Shown here: positions 1 through 12,419 of the stretch, piece by piece
How the letters are laid out: every line of letters begins with the position of its first letter
Position numbering within the stretch: position 1 is the stretch's first letter
Assembly (NCBI RefSeq): GCF_006345805.1
Contig: NC_043001.1
Span: 22,630,001-22,694,000, forward strand
DNA: 64,000 nt
Reading direction: 5' to 3'
DNA from: Octopus sinensis
Taxonomy: Eukaryota
Translations under genes and position numbers: made by a program
Notes under the pieces: model-generated
Databases searched by the model: none
Seen by the model: the letters and a program-made list of their open reading frames with translations, nothing else
Told to the model about the DNA's origin: nothing

Positions 1-513
1 CTATAAATCTGATATAGAAAGATAAGTTGAATTTCTTCATTAGTAATATTCGATTTCCAAATGTTTGATGTAATATATATTAATTAAAAGCTTGCTCAGT
101 GTTGGAACCGGAGATAAGTAAAGTCAAATAATGCTTAAATAGATTAATCGTAAACTTTAATTTATTGTTAACTTCCAAAATTTTATACTTAATCAGATAT
201 CTATTTCTCTAAGAGTACGATTTTAATAACTAATATCGGAGAAAACGTGTTCAAAGCTAAAATTCCTCGAGATCAATTCAGCCTTACATCCTCTCTGGGT
301 TGATAAAAATAAAGAACTGGCATCGATTCCTTTTAGGTACCCCGAGATGTGAATGGAATTATAATAGAACATATTTCTTGGAGAATACTTCTCTAAAAAC
401 CTAGAAAACTAGAGTTATCTGTTCATGGCGTAGTACTAACTTGGCGAACTCACATCGGGGAAAAGTAGTTCTATAAAATATTACCGACAACTCTCATGTA
501 TATTAGCAATTAC

Positions 514-772
514 TTTGACCAGCAGTTTACAAGTGGTGAAATTATTTTATCAATGGAAAGACTTGTCACTTCTGGAATTAAATTAAAGACGCAGTTCGAA
601 TGTTTTTCCGATCCCAGAAACACATTAGTCATAAAAGCTGACATCATGGCGGAACAAACTGCTTGAAACACTCCAAATCTACCGCATCTTGTTTTAAAAT
701 TTGAAGTTGTCATTTCCTCCAGTTCTAATACATTCTCCCGGATTAACTTATATATGCTATTTATCACAATAT
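514..772 (-). CDS. candidate exon/ORF of unknown product (DIVINSIYKLIRENVLELEEMTTSNFKTRCGRFG...NCWSK)
   Basis: Open frame bounded by acceptor-like CTTTCATTGCAG (AG at 774-773) and GTAATT at 513. No homology recognised. Confidence 0.25.
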
Positions 773-1234
773 CTGCAATGAAAGGCTGACTTTATATGTG
801 GGAATATTTTACTGAAATTCATGTCAGTCGGTGCCCTAAAACCACAAGATTAGCTGGAAGCTTGTTATTATCACAAGCGAGGTTTTTTAAAATTTCCCCT
901 ATCTCCATATGGCAAATTGGTTAAATTGAAACTTAAAGATTCCTGTATTTGTTACATGTATCCTACTGTTGGACAGAACTCACGAGAAAGTGGTTGAGTT
1001 CATCTTCAATGAATGCCTACTTCAACAAAATATGTAGTCTCTCAGTGGCGAAGGATTTGGAGTTCAAAATCTCGACCTTGGATTTCTGCTCTTTGTTGAG
1101 GCAAGTTTTAACATTTTTTTATTCAACAATATAAATTCAATTCAAATACATTAAACTTGTTCTTCTTTAAATCATAACTATTCGTTCTCATGCGTGCATG
1201 AATACATTTCTTTCCTCCTAACACTAAACCTTAC

Positions 1235-1400
1235 GTTCACCAAGTGGTCTGTGGCGACTGCTTTGAAACGAATAATCTTTCCCTACAACTAAGCTTTACG
1301 TGTCCCCGAAATACACCTAAATCTGGACCCCTTTTTTCAATGTCGAGACTTTATTTTCCCAAACTGACACTACTCCTTTCCTCTTCCTATCATTGTCATT
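1235..1400 (-). other. candidate non-coding first exon of a leftward-transcribed gene
   Basis: Donor GAAC|GTAAGG at 1234 inside the CpG-rich region. The 5' boundary is a guess. Confidence 0.3.
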
Positions 1401-1533
1401 TATAGAAATGTTCCTACATACTTTTTCTACTTGAAATTTATAATTCAATTCGTAACTGACTAACGTTTAAAGCATGCATGAAAAAACCTATTAAAAACAC
1501 TATTCAGAACGAAACACTACACACACGCACATA

Positions 1534-1552
1534 TATACATATATATATAATG

Positions 1553-1598
<46 letters not shown>
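1534..1598. repeat. (TA)n microsatellite
   Basis: Direct reading. Confidence 0.95.
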
Positions 1599-1599
<1 letters not shown>

Positions 1600-3944
1600 T
1601 GTTATTGTACTAATACTATTATTACATTTTTATATGGCGTCAAAAGTTGAATAAATCAAATAATGATTTTCCTATGAGGAACGTGAAAAACGTCTTTCTG
1701 AGGACTTCCCCAAACTGGGGATACGATTGCTAATTATGTCTTATGAGAATATAAATTACCCCGGGAAAAGTTTTCCCCTTCTATTTATTCCAGTTGTTGT
1801 TAGTGGTGTTGTCAATAATTGTTTGTTTGTTTGTTTGTGGTGTCTTAATTTTCATCTACCTCCCCACATCACTTTCGGTATCATCTTTGTCAACCTTAAT
1901 GTATAATCTATACCTTGATATCCGATATCTTTTATTTTATTAATCTTCCAGATTCAGTGATTCACTTCAAATAAAGTAGTACACACGTGTATGCGGCATC
2001 ATATACACACACATACATACATACATTTTATACACACATACACACATTGACAGATGTAGGTAGAAGATGTATGGTGTGTGTGTGTATATTACGTTTACTT
2101 TTGAATATCTGTCACCCTGCTATTTTCGGGTAGTCTTATTTCCACTGTTGTGTGACATCTACCCCTCGCCTTACTTTTGTAATCTCCTTATAAAACCGAG
2201 ACGATCAGACCTCATTGTAGATTAGATAAGCAACTTTTTATTGTTCTTCTAATATAATTTGTTGTCAAAAGTTCATATATTTTGGTGTACACGTACATTA
2301 TTATCTCTAGGTAACTAGTATGACTTTTTCTTATCTCCTACTATGTGTAGTGAGTGTGTTTGTCGATTAGTTACTCCTGTTGTGAAAATGGAACAAAGAT
2401 TTATTTCAAAGATTCCAATATTCCTCAAAATGTCATTACAACTCGAATCGTTTACTCGTCTTCAATTAGTGTGATCAACACATTTCACTTGCATTCAGTT
2501 TGGAATTTGGCAAATAATTTATTGATATTTAGTAACAAAGGCCTAGAGTTGTTGCATTTGTTCACACTTGCTCCCCTCCGCTCCCTTTTGGTTTCCTAAA
2601 TTTCTAGTGTTTTGTCCCCCCTTTTAAAATTCCTGCTGATAAATGTTAATGTCATTCTCATGAATGTAAAGTTTTTTTTCTTCTTTTAGTTGTGTTTTTT
2701 GTTTTCTCTCTCACTACCATTCCTCTAGCAATAACATTTTAGCTTTTTGCTTATCTGTATCTAAATGTGAACTCAGCACATCTTGTAGTTGAAATACTAC
2801 CGAGAGTAAGAACTGTCGTTTTCTAGGGTGGGGCTTCACGATCGGAAGACTAGAATTAAAAACAGGTTTTTTTCTTTTCTTCTTCGGTTAGTGTTGGCAG
2901 TCAATTCTGTAGAATGTTTAAAAGACAAAATTTGAAAACCAAAGTCTTGATACTTGTGTGTGAATTTTTAGAAATTAACAAACGAATATGATCGTTGTAA
3001 AGCGACTGAATTGAAGACATGGGTATTTTGTGGTGGACACTTGATGGAATATTAGCGATTATTAGGCGACAAGAATGGTGACGAAGAAAACTACACCCCC
3101 TTATTTTGTTGTCACTCGTTTACGACTATGTCTGTTGTAGACATTTAGTTAGGATTCTACTGTTAAAAATATTAATTTGTTGTAATTTTGTTGAAAAAGT
3201 ATGAGAAATAATTTCACGACTATCCACTTTCTAGAACACGGGACCGAAAAGTGTAATAGTCTCTGGTGCGGAAGTTTGAAAAAAAATGTGATACACCATT
3301 TCAAGAGAACGCAAAAGGGTGTCTTTGGATTTCGGTAGTATCGGAGTTACTTTATTCTTTTCTTTCAATTAAAATTCGTTTGAGAAAAAGGCTTTATTAT
3401 TTAGAAATAAGTTTAGTATGTAAGGACATTTATTTAACAGTCCTACCCTCTCTTCAGCTGGTTGTGATAAGACACTGAAGTTCTCACGACTACAACAATA
3501 TTTGTTCAACACCATCAACCATCTTAATAAAAACTATCATTTTGCTCTGATTGTTTTTTAATTATAAATCCAGCACACGATTATGAAGATATATTTACTT
3601 TAGGATATCTTCTAGAGTTTCAATTATATAAAAATAAAGGCGACTTCATAGCTTTCTAGTTAAAGATCCTTTAACAAATTTTAAAAAAAAAATGTTTCGA
3701 AGGGTGCTATTCCCTCTTTTAGCTCAACTCAGGGAAGCTAATTCTTGTTCTGATTATCTCTCATTAATATAAATATTTCAAATCGGGTGGGTGTAGGGTA
3801 AAAACCACTAGATTTACAGGAAGCTAATGGAGGTTTTTAAGAAATGCAAGAGTAGCTTATTATGATCCTAAAATGCAAGGATCGAATAGATTTGCTTCTG
3901 TTACGAGTGTTGTAATTTCTTTTAATGAATAATAATGACGACGA

Positions 3945-4130
3945 TGACAATAATGGGCTCAAATTTAGGCACAAGGCCAGTAGTTTTGACGGGGAGTGAG
4001 TGGGTTAGTCGATGCCATTGATTGCAGTACTTGACCGGTAGGTTGTCGACCTCGAAAGAATGAAAGGTAATACTGATCTAGGTGTAATTCGAACTGAGAA
4101 TGTAGCAAGCCGGAAGAAACACCTTTAGGC
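3945..4130 (-). mobile_element. degenerate SINE family C (tRNA head + GCCTTTCATCCTTTCGGGGTCGATAAA domain)
   Basis: GTCGACCTCGAAAGAATGAAAGG on +, matching the younger copy at 29815-30057. Confidence 0.65.
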
Positions 4131-4803
4131 TTCCAGTTTCTTAGTCATTATTTTACCAATAAAGTTTCTACAAATTATTTGATTTAGGAAAGGATCTTTT
4201 GGCCCTTAATTTTTAAAGGTGTTCAGGATGTTGGTCTAAGTTGTGGATCTTGAGTAAGCTCTTTATAGACGTTTTCTTCGAGTAAAACCATTTTACATTT
4301 CGCAGTTTCTGTAACCAACCACATAGTCAAAAAGACTATATTTTATATTTCCTAAAAATGGAAATATAATTTTGTAAGTAGGCCTGTTGTTGATAAATGA
4401 GGACTTGTCAGCTTAAAACTTTAACCAGTGAAGCTTATTTCATTTACCAGAATATAGAGATAACGGCTTCAAATGTGTTTTTTAAAAATACACATCAGAT
4501 GCGTAAGAAAAAAGACATTCAATTTTATCGTGATGATGTAGTGTCCGTGCACTATTTAATAGAGATGAAAATGGAATTCAACAAGTTTTACTGATTAAAC
4601 AAATCAAAGGATTGCTTTTGTGTGATTTGGACTGGTATGAATGTATTAATATTCATACAGCAATGTTCATTTAATAGTCATTCCAAAAGGATTAAGTGAA
4701 GGATTGTAGATTTTGTTTGATGACGATCAATGAATGTAGAGTGATTTTAATTAGTTCAGACGCAAACAAGCGTATTTAATGAAATATTTTGTTTGAGATC
4801 TAG

Positions 4804-4857
4804 GTTCAGAAGAGAGAACAACAATAGTAAGAGCAGGAGCCAAAAAGAAAGACATTG
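4804..4857 (+). other. candidate 54-nt exon (open in phase 1: SEERTTIVRAGAKKKDI)
   Basis: TTTGTTTGAGATCTAG acceptor and TTG|GTAAGC donor. No homology recognised. Confidence 0.25.
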
Positions 4858-4999
4858 GTAAGCCAAGTAGATGTGATTGTTGGCAAAAAATTTTATTTAT
4901 CAGATTCCTTCCTTTCTGGAATTTATTCGAAATGTTGCTGACTGTGGCTTAATTTTTTTTAATAGGCGGATGAATTAAAATCTTTATATTAAGTAAGCA

Positions 5000-5430
5000 A
5001 CTGTTAAGGTACAAAGTAATTTTTTCCTTGAGGCAGCATGACTTTATTGAGGAATGGTATAGCTAAGAAATATCTTATTAAAGCTGATTAATCAGCATCT
5101 GTAGCATGACAACCGAAAGTTACAAGAAGTAAGGGTACTATATAAGTTTGTTTGCCCTCATTAATATGCGTAATGGCTATGTGGTTCTTGTTGTTTTTGA
5201 AAGGAAGTTGTTAGGAAACTGCATAAAGTGATATGGAAGGGATACTGAAGATCTGACTAGGTAGATATGGTGATAAGGTGAAATAATTATAGATGATAAG
5301 AGGAAGGTAATTGCTGGAGAGGAGGTGAAGAGTGGAAGTTATGAAAGTTAATGTAGTGGAGACTGAAGTGGGAACCATAACAACATATAAGGAAGCTGTT
5401 ATGTCAGATGACCAGTTTAACATCCCCTTC
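5000..5430 (-). mobile_element. highly decayed LINE (CR1/L2-like) fragment
   Basis: Purine-rich + strand. The minus-strand translation loosely resembles the end of the APE endonuclease region, similar to 12420-13640. Confidence 0.35.
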
Positions 5431-5686
5431 TCTGTCTCTCTCTCTATTTGCACACACACACACACACACACACACTCTCTGTCTCTTGGGTGAAACTCAG
5501 AGTAGTAAGAGACTTACTTGTCCAAAATAAAAATATAATCTTTGATATCAAGTACTTTTTCTTCTGATGGTCAGCACTAAGCACATATATATATCTATAT
5601 ATCATCATCATTGTTTAACATCTGCTTTTCATGCTAGCATAGGTTGGATGATTTGACTGAGGTCTGGCAAACCAGATGGCTGCACC

Positions 5687-5691
<5 letters not shown>

Positions 5692-5741
<50 letters not shown>
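5692..5741. repeat. (TA)n microsatellite truncating a family B fragment (5601-5690)
   Basis: Direct reading. Confidence 0.9.
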
Positions 5742-5744
<3 letters not shown>

Positions 5745-6171
5745 AACAAAGAGGTGACACCAGAAAAAATAAGGGTTATGTAAGGAACTTCATTAGCTTA
5801 TATATATAGTGGTTGATGGCAGAATCATTAGTGTTGTAGTATTTGTTTCAGCTCATTACATTTTGTTTAAATCTCAGTAAGGCCAATTTTGTCTTTCGTC
5901 TTTCCAAGCTCAATAAAAAAAAAAGTATCTATACCAGTCATGCCATTCAAGTCCTGGCAGTGATTGAATAGAATATAAATCTGGAGCCTCTCAGACAGTT
6001 CAATGTTGGTCTTCCTTTAATGGCACCAATGCCAAACTGTATTGGCTCTTTATCTTCTCTTTGACAACATCATAGGCATGAAACGAGAATTGGTCTTCTA
6101 TATGATCTTGCACAGTCTTGCTACCCTGGAAAGATAAACTACTGCTTAGTGTGGATATAGAGTTCCCTTTG

Positions 6172-6470
6172 TTACCACATGGTCTTGAGTAATATCTCAC
6201 TGCATGACATCTTGTGCAAGTGTGTTCTATTGTAGCCTCAGGCCGACTAATACCTTGTAGTGACTTTGATTGACAGAAACTGTTTGGAAGCTTGTTGCGT
6301 GTGTGTGTATGCATGTATTTCATCATTTAATGTCCATCTTTCAAACTGACATCAGATGGTTTGACAGGATTCAATAAGTTGGAAGACTGCATCAGGGCTT
6401 GAAGTCTACTTTGGTATGTTTATATGACTGGATGCTCTTTCTAATGCCAACCACATTACAGTGTACTGGG
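6172..6470. mobile_element. SINE A 5' half (+) followed by a family B fragment (-)
   Basis: ACCACATGG..CTTGTGCAAGTG..GCCTCAGGCCGAC, then CATCATTTAATGTCCATC..GGATGCTCTTTCTAATGCCAACCAC. Confidence 0.7.
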
Positions 6471-7318
6471 AGAAAGACAACGAAAAAGAGTGGTATTGTT
6501 GTAGAGAAGGAGATGGCTTTATGTCAGGCATCAAGAGACAAATATGATAGAGGGACAAGAACTGGTGTTATATAGAGGAAATATTTTGTCACTCTGTATT
6601 ATATAAGGGTGGGTGAAAGTACTTTGAAAGATCTATGTATATGCATCTGTGTGTATGTTTATATTCTGTGTCCTTGCATGAAAAGTGGTGAGTAAAAGGT
6701 GCTGATGTTTGTTGACACACACTATTAAGAAATTGTCTAATAGCTCAGTAATTTCAAAGACAAGTGGATTAAAAAAAAGTAAATTCATGACTTGAAATAC
6801 AGATAAGGATTAGTGACAGAAAGGGTATCCAGCTTTAAAATCCTGCTTTAGTATGCATTCATCCAACTTGAGCTGGCATGAAAGAAACAAATCACACACA
6901 CACATCCTTTTCCACTTATTTTTTATATCTCTAGTTACTGAAGTTCTTATACTTGCATATTTTTATTCTTATATGATTTTAAAATTTGTCTGAATTCAAT
7001 TTCCTTCTTCAGTTCATGTCAGATATTTATTAGATATTTATCTCAATCCTATCTGATAAGCGTCTCTGTCTCTTTCCGTGTCATTTTCAATTGTATAGGA
7101 GGTACGTCATTGTTTTTAATATTACTTTATATAGTTATGCTTATGTATATCCGAAGAGGAAATTCCTTTTATGAATAGCTTTCCTTTCCACTTCAGTTAT
7201 TGCATGCTTACTGACATCATTAAGTGCCTCTTCACAATTTCTACCGCCACTGTAATCCACACAATTGTCAAATATAGTTTGAGCAACCGGAAAGGACATG
7301 AACTCTGTCAGCTGAGTA

Positions 7319-7337
7319 GTAATAATAATAATAATAA

Positions 7338-7378
<41 letters not shown>
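7319..7378. repeat. (AAT)n-(TA)n compound microsatellite
   Basis: Direct reading. Confidence 0.95.
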
Positions 7379-7379
<1 letters not shown>

Positions 7380-7931
7380 CAATTAAAGACAACTTCTTAA
7401 TAAGGAATCTTAATAAGAAATTATCAGGTAGATAGCGTGAAAAACCTCATAAGAGAAAAATTTCGAAAATAATTCTTTCTTATTGAACATATTAATTTAT
7501 ATATATAGAGGGCATTATTATACATAGATGCCACACGCTAAGAGGGACAAATATATACACACATACAAGCAGAGTGAACTCTTTAACCCTGTTGTAAACA
7601 AATTCTGTAATTCAACTGACATGATAAAATATACCAAGGATTGAAGATAGGTTGGTCATTCAGTCTTAAAATCACAATGAAAGACACTGAGGTCAGTCCT
7701 ACTTCTATCAGCTGGGCTAAAATGGACATGATGATATTGGAGCACTGATCACAGTATTTTATATCTAAATGAGCATTTCTCTTTATATAACAACAGTTGT
7801 GTGAGAATATGCTCATTTCATGGTGGTTGTTTTAAGTTTGAAATAGTAAGAAGTAATTTCAATTTTAATGAAATAAAGTTAGCAAACTATTCACTCATGT
7901 GCTTAAAGACTGTTTTCCTTTTATACTTTAG

Positions 7932-8121
7932 CCCTTTAGCATTTAAACTAGCCATATTTGGCCTAAATATGTTACCTGTTTTATGTTCTAACTGACCTGA
8001 TCCAGCCTCTCACACCTACCCTACAATGACATTCTGAAAATGAACAGTCACATCATCGAAATTTTGAAGCCACAAAATAAATAAACATCACATTTGACAG
8101 AGCAGCCTGAATTCTGAAACG
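7932..8121 (+). mobile_element. piggyBac-type MITE family P1, degenerate
   Basis: CCCTTTAGCATT start and body similar to 12017-12236. Confidence 0.7.
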
Positions 8122-8304
8122 TTATATGTTAGGGATGATATCCGACTGTAGAAGCCATGTAAAACAGACATTGGAGCTTGGACACAGTCCTCTGACCTGT
8201 TGGATCCTGTCAAATTGTTCAACTTGTGTCAATATGGAATATGTATATTAAATGATGAGGATAACCCCAGTAGAGTTATTTCAATGTGATCCTTCTAAAA
8301 TATA

Positions 8305-8612
8305 TTCATCATCATTTAATGTTCGTCTTTCATGCTGGTGTGGGTTGGGCAGTTTGACAGGAGCTGGTAAGCCAGTTCCACTGTCTGTTTTGGCATGATC
8401 TTTATGATTGGATGCCCTTCCTAACACCAACCACTTTACAGAGTGGGCTGGATGCTTTTCACGTAGCACCAGCATTGGAGAGGTCTGCTTTAGCATGATT
8501 TTTACGGCTGGATACCCTTCCTAACGCCAGCCACTTTACAAAGTGGTGTAGGTACTTTTTATGTGGTACCAGCACCAATGAAGTCTTCCAAATACCAACC
8601 ACTTTACAAAGT
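8305..8612 (-). mobile_element. retroposon family B ((GAT)n tail)
   Basis: CATCATTTAATGTTCGTC..GGATGCCCTTCCTAACACCAACCAC, with an internally duplicated module. Confidence 0.8.
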
Positions 8613-9560
8613 AAATATATCATAATCACTGTGAATGTTTACTGTTTCCTTTTTTTTAAATTGAAATGCTTTTTTTTTTCATAATTCCTGCAGTTTGTAG
8701 GTTAGTTTCATTTCTGAAGAAATTTAAACAATATACATACATCTTCATAATGATTTGAGGCCATCAACATTTGCACATTATTTTATTGCAGACTTTGTAA
8801 TTTTATTCTTTAGTCACTCCCTCTGTTAGTGAATTCTTATAGGAGTTCTTTCAGAAATTACCATTACCATATTATAAGCTTGCTTTAGCTTACTTCTACT
8901 TAGTTATTACTAATCCAGTTTGTTCATTTGGTTCTCACTATCTTTTTTTGCCACATGTTCATATCACTATCATTTCCTTGCAATGGTTATCTTCCATCTC
9001 AACTTATTTTCTGAGATTCAGGGTAAATTGAGCTTATCACTTTTCTCTCTCCAGATGTTTCAGTGACTAACAGGTTAGACAACTGACTATTGATCCAAAG
9101 GTCATAATTTCAATCCCTTCAACAAGCTTGTCAGTGTAGCCTCAAATTAGATATGGTGTTTCAGTGAATGTAGTATAAAATATAACTATTATTTTAATAG
9201 TCTTATAGATGGTGGATATTGAGCAAAGCATTTCTCTAATACTGAATTATAATTCCAGCTACAATGCAAAATCTAAGAACAGTAAATAATTTATCATTAA
9301 ACGTAGGAAACTTACTGTATTTGATGGAATAAAGGACTCGTAGACATATTAGATGTCCCCCAATTTCAGTAGCACATATTCATAAAAACACTTTTTGTGC
9401 ATTAAGGATATAGGGCCCCGAGTTGTTATTATTATTATTAAGTTTTTTTTAATGTATGAAATTGAGTAAATTTATTCAGAGAACAACTAATTTAAGCATA
9501 ACCTGTTGTCAACTGTTCATTTTCAAAGAATCTGTTCTCACTGTGAGTCTGAAATTCAGT

Positions 9561-9922
9561 GGCTTGCTTATGAACCACATGGTTCCGGGTTCAGTCTCAC
9601 TGCGTGGCACCTTGGGCAAGTGTCTTCTACTATAGCCTCAGGCCGACCAAAGCCTTGTGAATGGATTTGGTAGATGAAAACTGAAAGAGGCCTGTCGTAT
9701 ATATGTATACATATATTATGTGTGTGTCTGTGTTTGTCCCCCCAACATCGCTTGACAACCGATGGTGGTGTGTTTATGTCCCCGTAACTTTGCAGTTTGG
9801 CAAAAGAGATCAATAGAATAAGTACTAGTCTTACAAAGAATAAGTCCTGGGGTCGATTTGCTTGACTAAAGGCGGTGCTCCAGCATGGCTGCAGGCAAAT
9901 GACTGAAATGAGTAAAAAAGAG
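9561..9922 (+). mobile_element. SINE family A (tRNA head, CORE-like ACCTTGGGCAAGT, internal microsatellite, 3' domain)
   Basis: B-box-like GGTTCAGTC and CACCTTGGGCAAGTG. Near-identical to 41866-42283. Confidence 0.9.
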
Positions 9923-9937
9923 TACTGGAATAGTTAT

Positions 9938-10136
9938 CTGGGTGGCACGTAAAAAGCACCCACTACACTCACGGAGTGGTTGGCGTTAGGAAGGGCATCC
10001 AGCTGTAGAAACATTGCCAAATTAGACTGGAGCCTGGTGCAGCCTTCTGGCTTCCCAGAACCCCGGTCGAACCATCCAACCCATGCTAGCATGGAGAACG
10101 GACGTTAAACGACGATGATGATGATGATGATGATGA
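9938..10136 (+). mobile_element. retroposon family B inserted in the mariner
   Basis: Ends AAACGACGATGATGATGATG and interrupts the transposase right after the YSPDL-like region. Confidence 0.85.
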
Positions 10137-11116
10137 GAAAGTGGTGTGGAAAATATACTGAGTGAGGTAGATTTTTGTATGCCACTTTATTCAATTTCTG
10201 CAGAGCCAAATGTAAAACATGTGTTTGGGTGTTGTCATGGAGAAGATTTGGTCCTTTTTGAGTGATCAACACCACATGTAAACATTACAGTTCTTGGTAC
10301 ATTTTGTCAATTTCCCAGTCATACTTTCCTGTCGTGATGCTTTTACCAGGATTCCAGAAAAAGTAGTGGAGGATTGCACTTGCCAATCACTAAACAGTGA
10401 CCAAAACCTTTTGACACAGCTTCAGCTTGAGAAGTGTTTTGGCACTTCATCTTGGTCCAACCACCGTGTAGAGAATTCACTTTTTAAAATCCTAATTTGC
10501 AATGGAATCAAGAAATTTGTTCTAGCTGCATCAAATAAGTAGACTTCATAATGGCAATTTTCTTTTTAATTTAAAAACAAATTTTGTTCAGATTATGTAG
10601 CTTGCATTTGTTGAACTTTTTTTTTTCGCAATATTGTACAGATGTTGAATTGTCTGCAACCTCTTGAGATGTTTTACTTGATTCTGCTTCAATAAAGGCA
10701 CCGAGTTGGGCATCATTCATAGAAGACCATTTGCAGCCTTTCTCGTTTCCAAAGCTCTCATTGCCATTATGAACTTTTTGGAACCAATGTTGAGCTGTTC
10801 ATTGTAAGTCTTAATAATTCTCTGACCAAATGGTTCATTGGTTCTGCAAGTAGATTCTGTTGCATTGCATTCCATTTTGAATTCATACAATAAAATCATG
10901 TGTATCTGAGTTTTTTTTTTCTCAGTTGACAGCCAAAACAAGAAAAAATTATCCAGAACAATTATCGATAACAAAACAATTAGACAAATCAGACCCAAAT
11001 CTGCACTTCAAAATTGTATGTTACAGAGAAAGAGTTAACTCAAAAGTTTATTTCAAAATAAGACATCAGAGTTTAAAATCAACAAAAACCACAATTATTT
11101 TTGTACTAACCTAATA
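10137..11116 (-). mobile_element. decayed mariner (Hsmar1/cecropia-like) transposon with 5' TIR
   Basis: Minus-strand TA+TTAGGTTAGTACAAAAATAATTGTGGTTTT (11116-11085) matches the Hsmar1-type TIR. Translation fragments QIHMILLYEFKM, QLGAFIEA, WLDQDEVPKHF, KVLVTV, NPGKSITTGKY, KGPNLLHDN and LQKLNKVAYKNLPH match mariner transposase, with stops and frameshifts. Confidence 0.9.
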
Positions 11117-11571
11117 GCTAAGGATGTAATGCAGGTGTTAATTATTAACGTTCAAGTTGTCTTTTATTACTAGCAAAACTCATACCTTTGAACTAATCAA
11201 AATAGGTAAACTAACAAATAATTTACACCAAATAGTTATTTGTGGGGAACAGAAGTGTAATCAGCTTTGTAGATTTCTTTGTACTTATATTCTAAACTGT
11301 TTTTCACTTGATTTGACTTTGCATAAATCTGCTCTTGTGCATTTAGTCACATTTATTTCTACTTTTTCAGTTTTAATACATTTACTCAATGTGATTTTGC
11401 ATTCTGTTGCTATCCTTTTTTTTATCATTTCTACAAGTTCTTTGAAACAGCTGATTTGTATTGTTTCAATTTTTTCCAAAATATCTCATTTCTTTTAAAA
11501 CATAGTTTATGGAACAGAGAGATGAATACATTAGTTCTTTAATTTAATCTTTCTTGGTATATCCTTATGGA

Positions 11572-11759
11572 TTCTTGTTTGTCTTTTGACTGCAGCCATG
11601 CTGGAGCACCACCTTTAGTTGAACAAATTGACCTCAGGACTTATTCTTTGTAAGCCTAGTACTTATTCTATCGGTATCTTTTGCCGAACTACTGACAAGG
11701 ATGTTAATACTCCAACATTGGTTGTTAAGCGATGATAGTGGGGACAAACACAGACACAA

Positions 11760-11814
<55 letters not shown>

Positions 11815-11973
11815 TGACAAGCTTCTTTCAGTTTCCATCTACCAAATCCACTCACAAGGCTTTGGTCGGCCCGAGGATATAGTAGAAGACACTTGCCCAA
11901 GTTGCCACCCAGTGGGACTGAACCCGGAACCATGTGGTTGGTTATCAAGTTACTTGCCACACAGCCACTCCTA
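11572..11973 (-). mobile_element. SINE family A, full length, with (TA)n/(CA)n core
   Basis: Reverse complement of the 41866 copy. Confidence 0.9.
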
Positions 11974-12016
11974 TGAATTTACTTTTCAAAATACATATCA
12001 CCACAAAGGTGTTTAA

Positions 12017-12236
12017 CCCTCTAACATTCAAACTGTCCATATGCAGCCCAAATATTCTACCTGTTTTATGTTTAAACTGGCCAAATCCAGCCTCTCACAC
12101 CTATCCTACAATGTCAGTCAAAAAATAAACAATCATTTCATTGAAATCTTGAAGCTACAAGATAACACATTATTAATTGAGAACAATGTGAATAATTAAG
12201 TGTTATATTTGACAGAGTAATCTGAATGCTAATGGG
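12017..12236 (+). mobile_element. piggyBac-type MITE family P1
   Basis: TTAA TSD on both sides (12013-16, 12237-40). Imperfect TIRs CCCTCTAACATTCA / CCCATTAGCATTCA. Confidence 0.85.
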
Positions 12237-12419
12237 TTAAATACTCTCAAACCAGATCGGTGTTGAAATGAATAGTGTCAGAGATAATCGACAGATATAT
12301 TGATAATAAAAAAAAAAAGCAAAGAGTCGTTTGAAACTAAAAAAAAATGATTGAGATTGGTGGTCATTTTTTTTTTTTTCATGCTTCATCACCCGGTTGC
12401 TATACATAAATATCAGGAA

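Larger units (their letters stand above)
1..4550. promoter_or_regulatory. CpG-retaining, promoter-like region
   Basis: About 12 CpGs in 1-480 versus about 1 per 500 bp in typical downstream sequence (e.g. 19900-20400). YY1/Kozak-like ATCATGGCGG at ~643-652 and ETS-like GCGGAAGT at ~3267. Confidence 0.5.

Noticed and set aside
9050-9125. tRNA-like sequence; also the heads of families A and C
   Set aside because: No complete cloverleaf or acceptor stem. These are SINE heads. No tRNA-Sec sequence was seen near the SEPSECS exon.
11157-11498. Overlapping 113-aa and 64-aa ORFs
   Set aside because: Low-complexity AT-biased frames with no recognisable domain or consistent splice sites.
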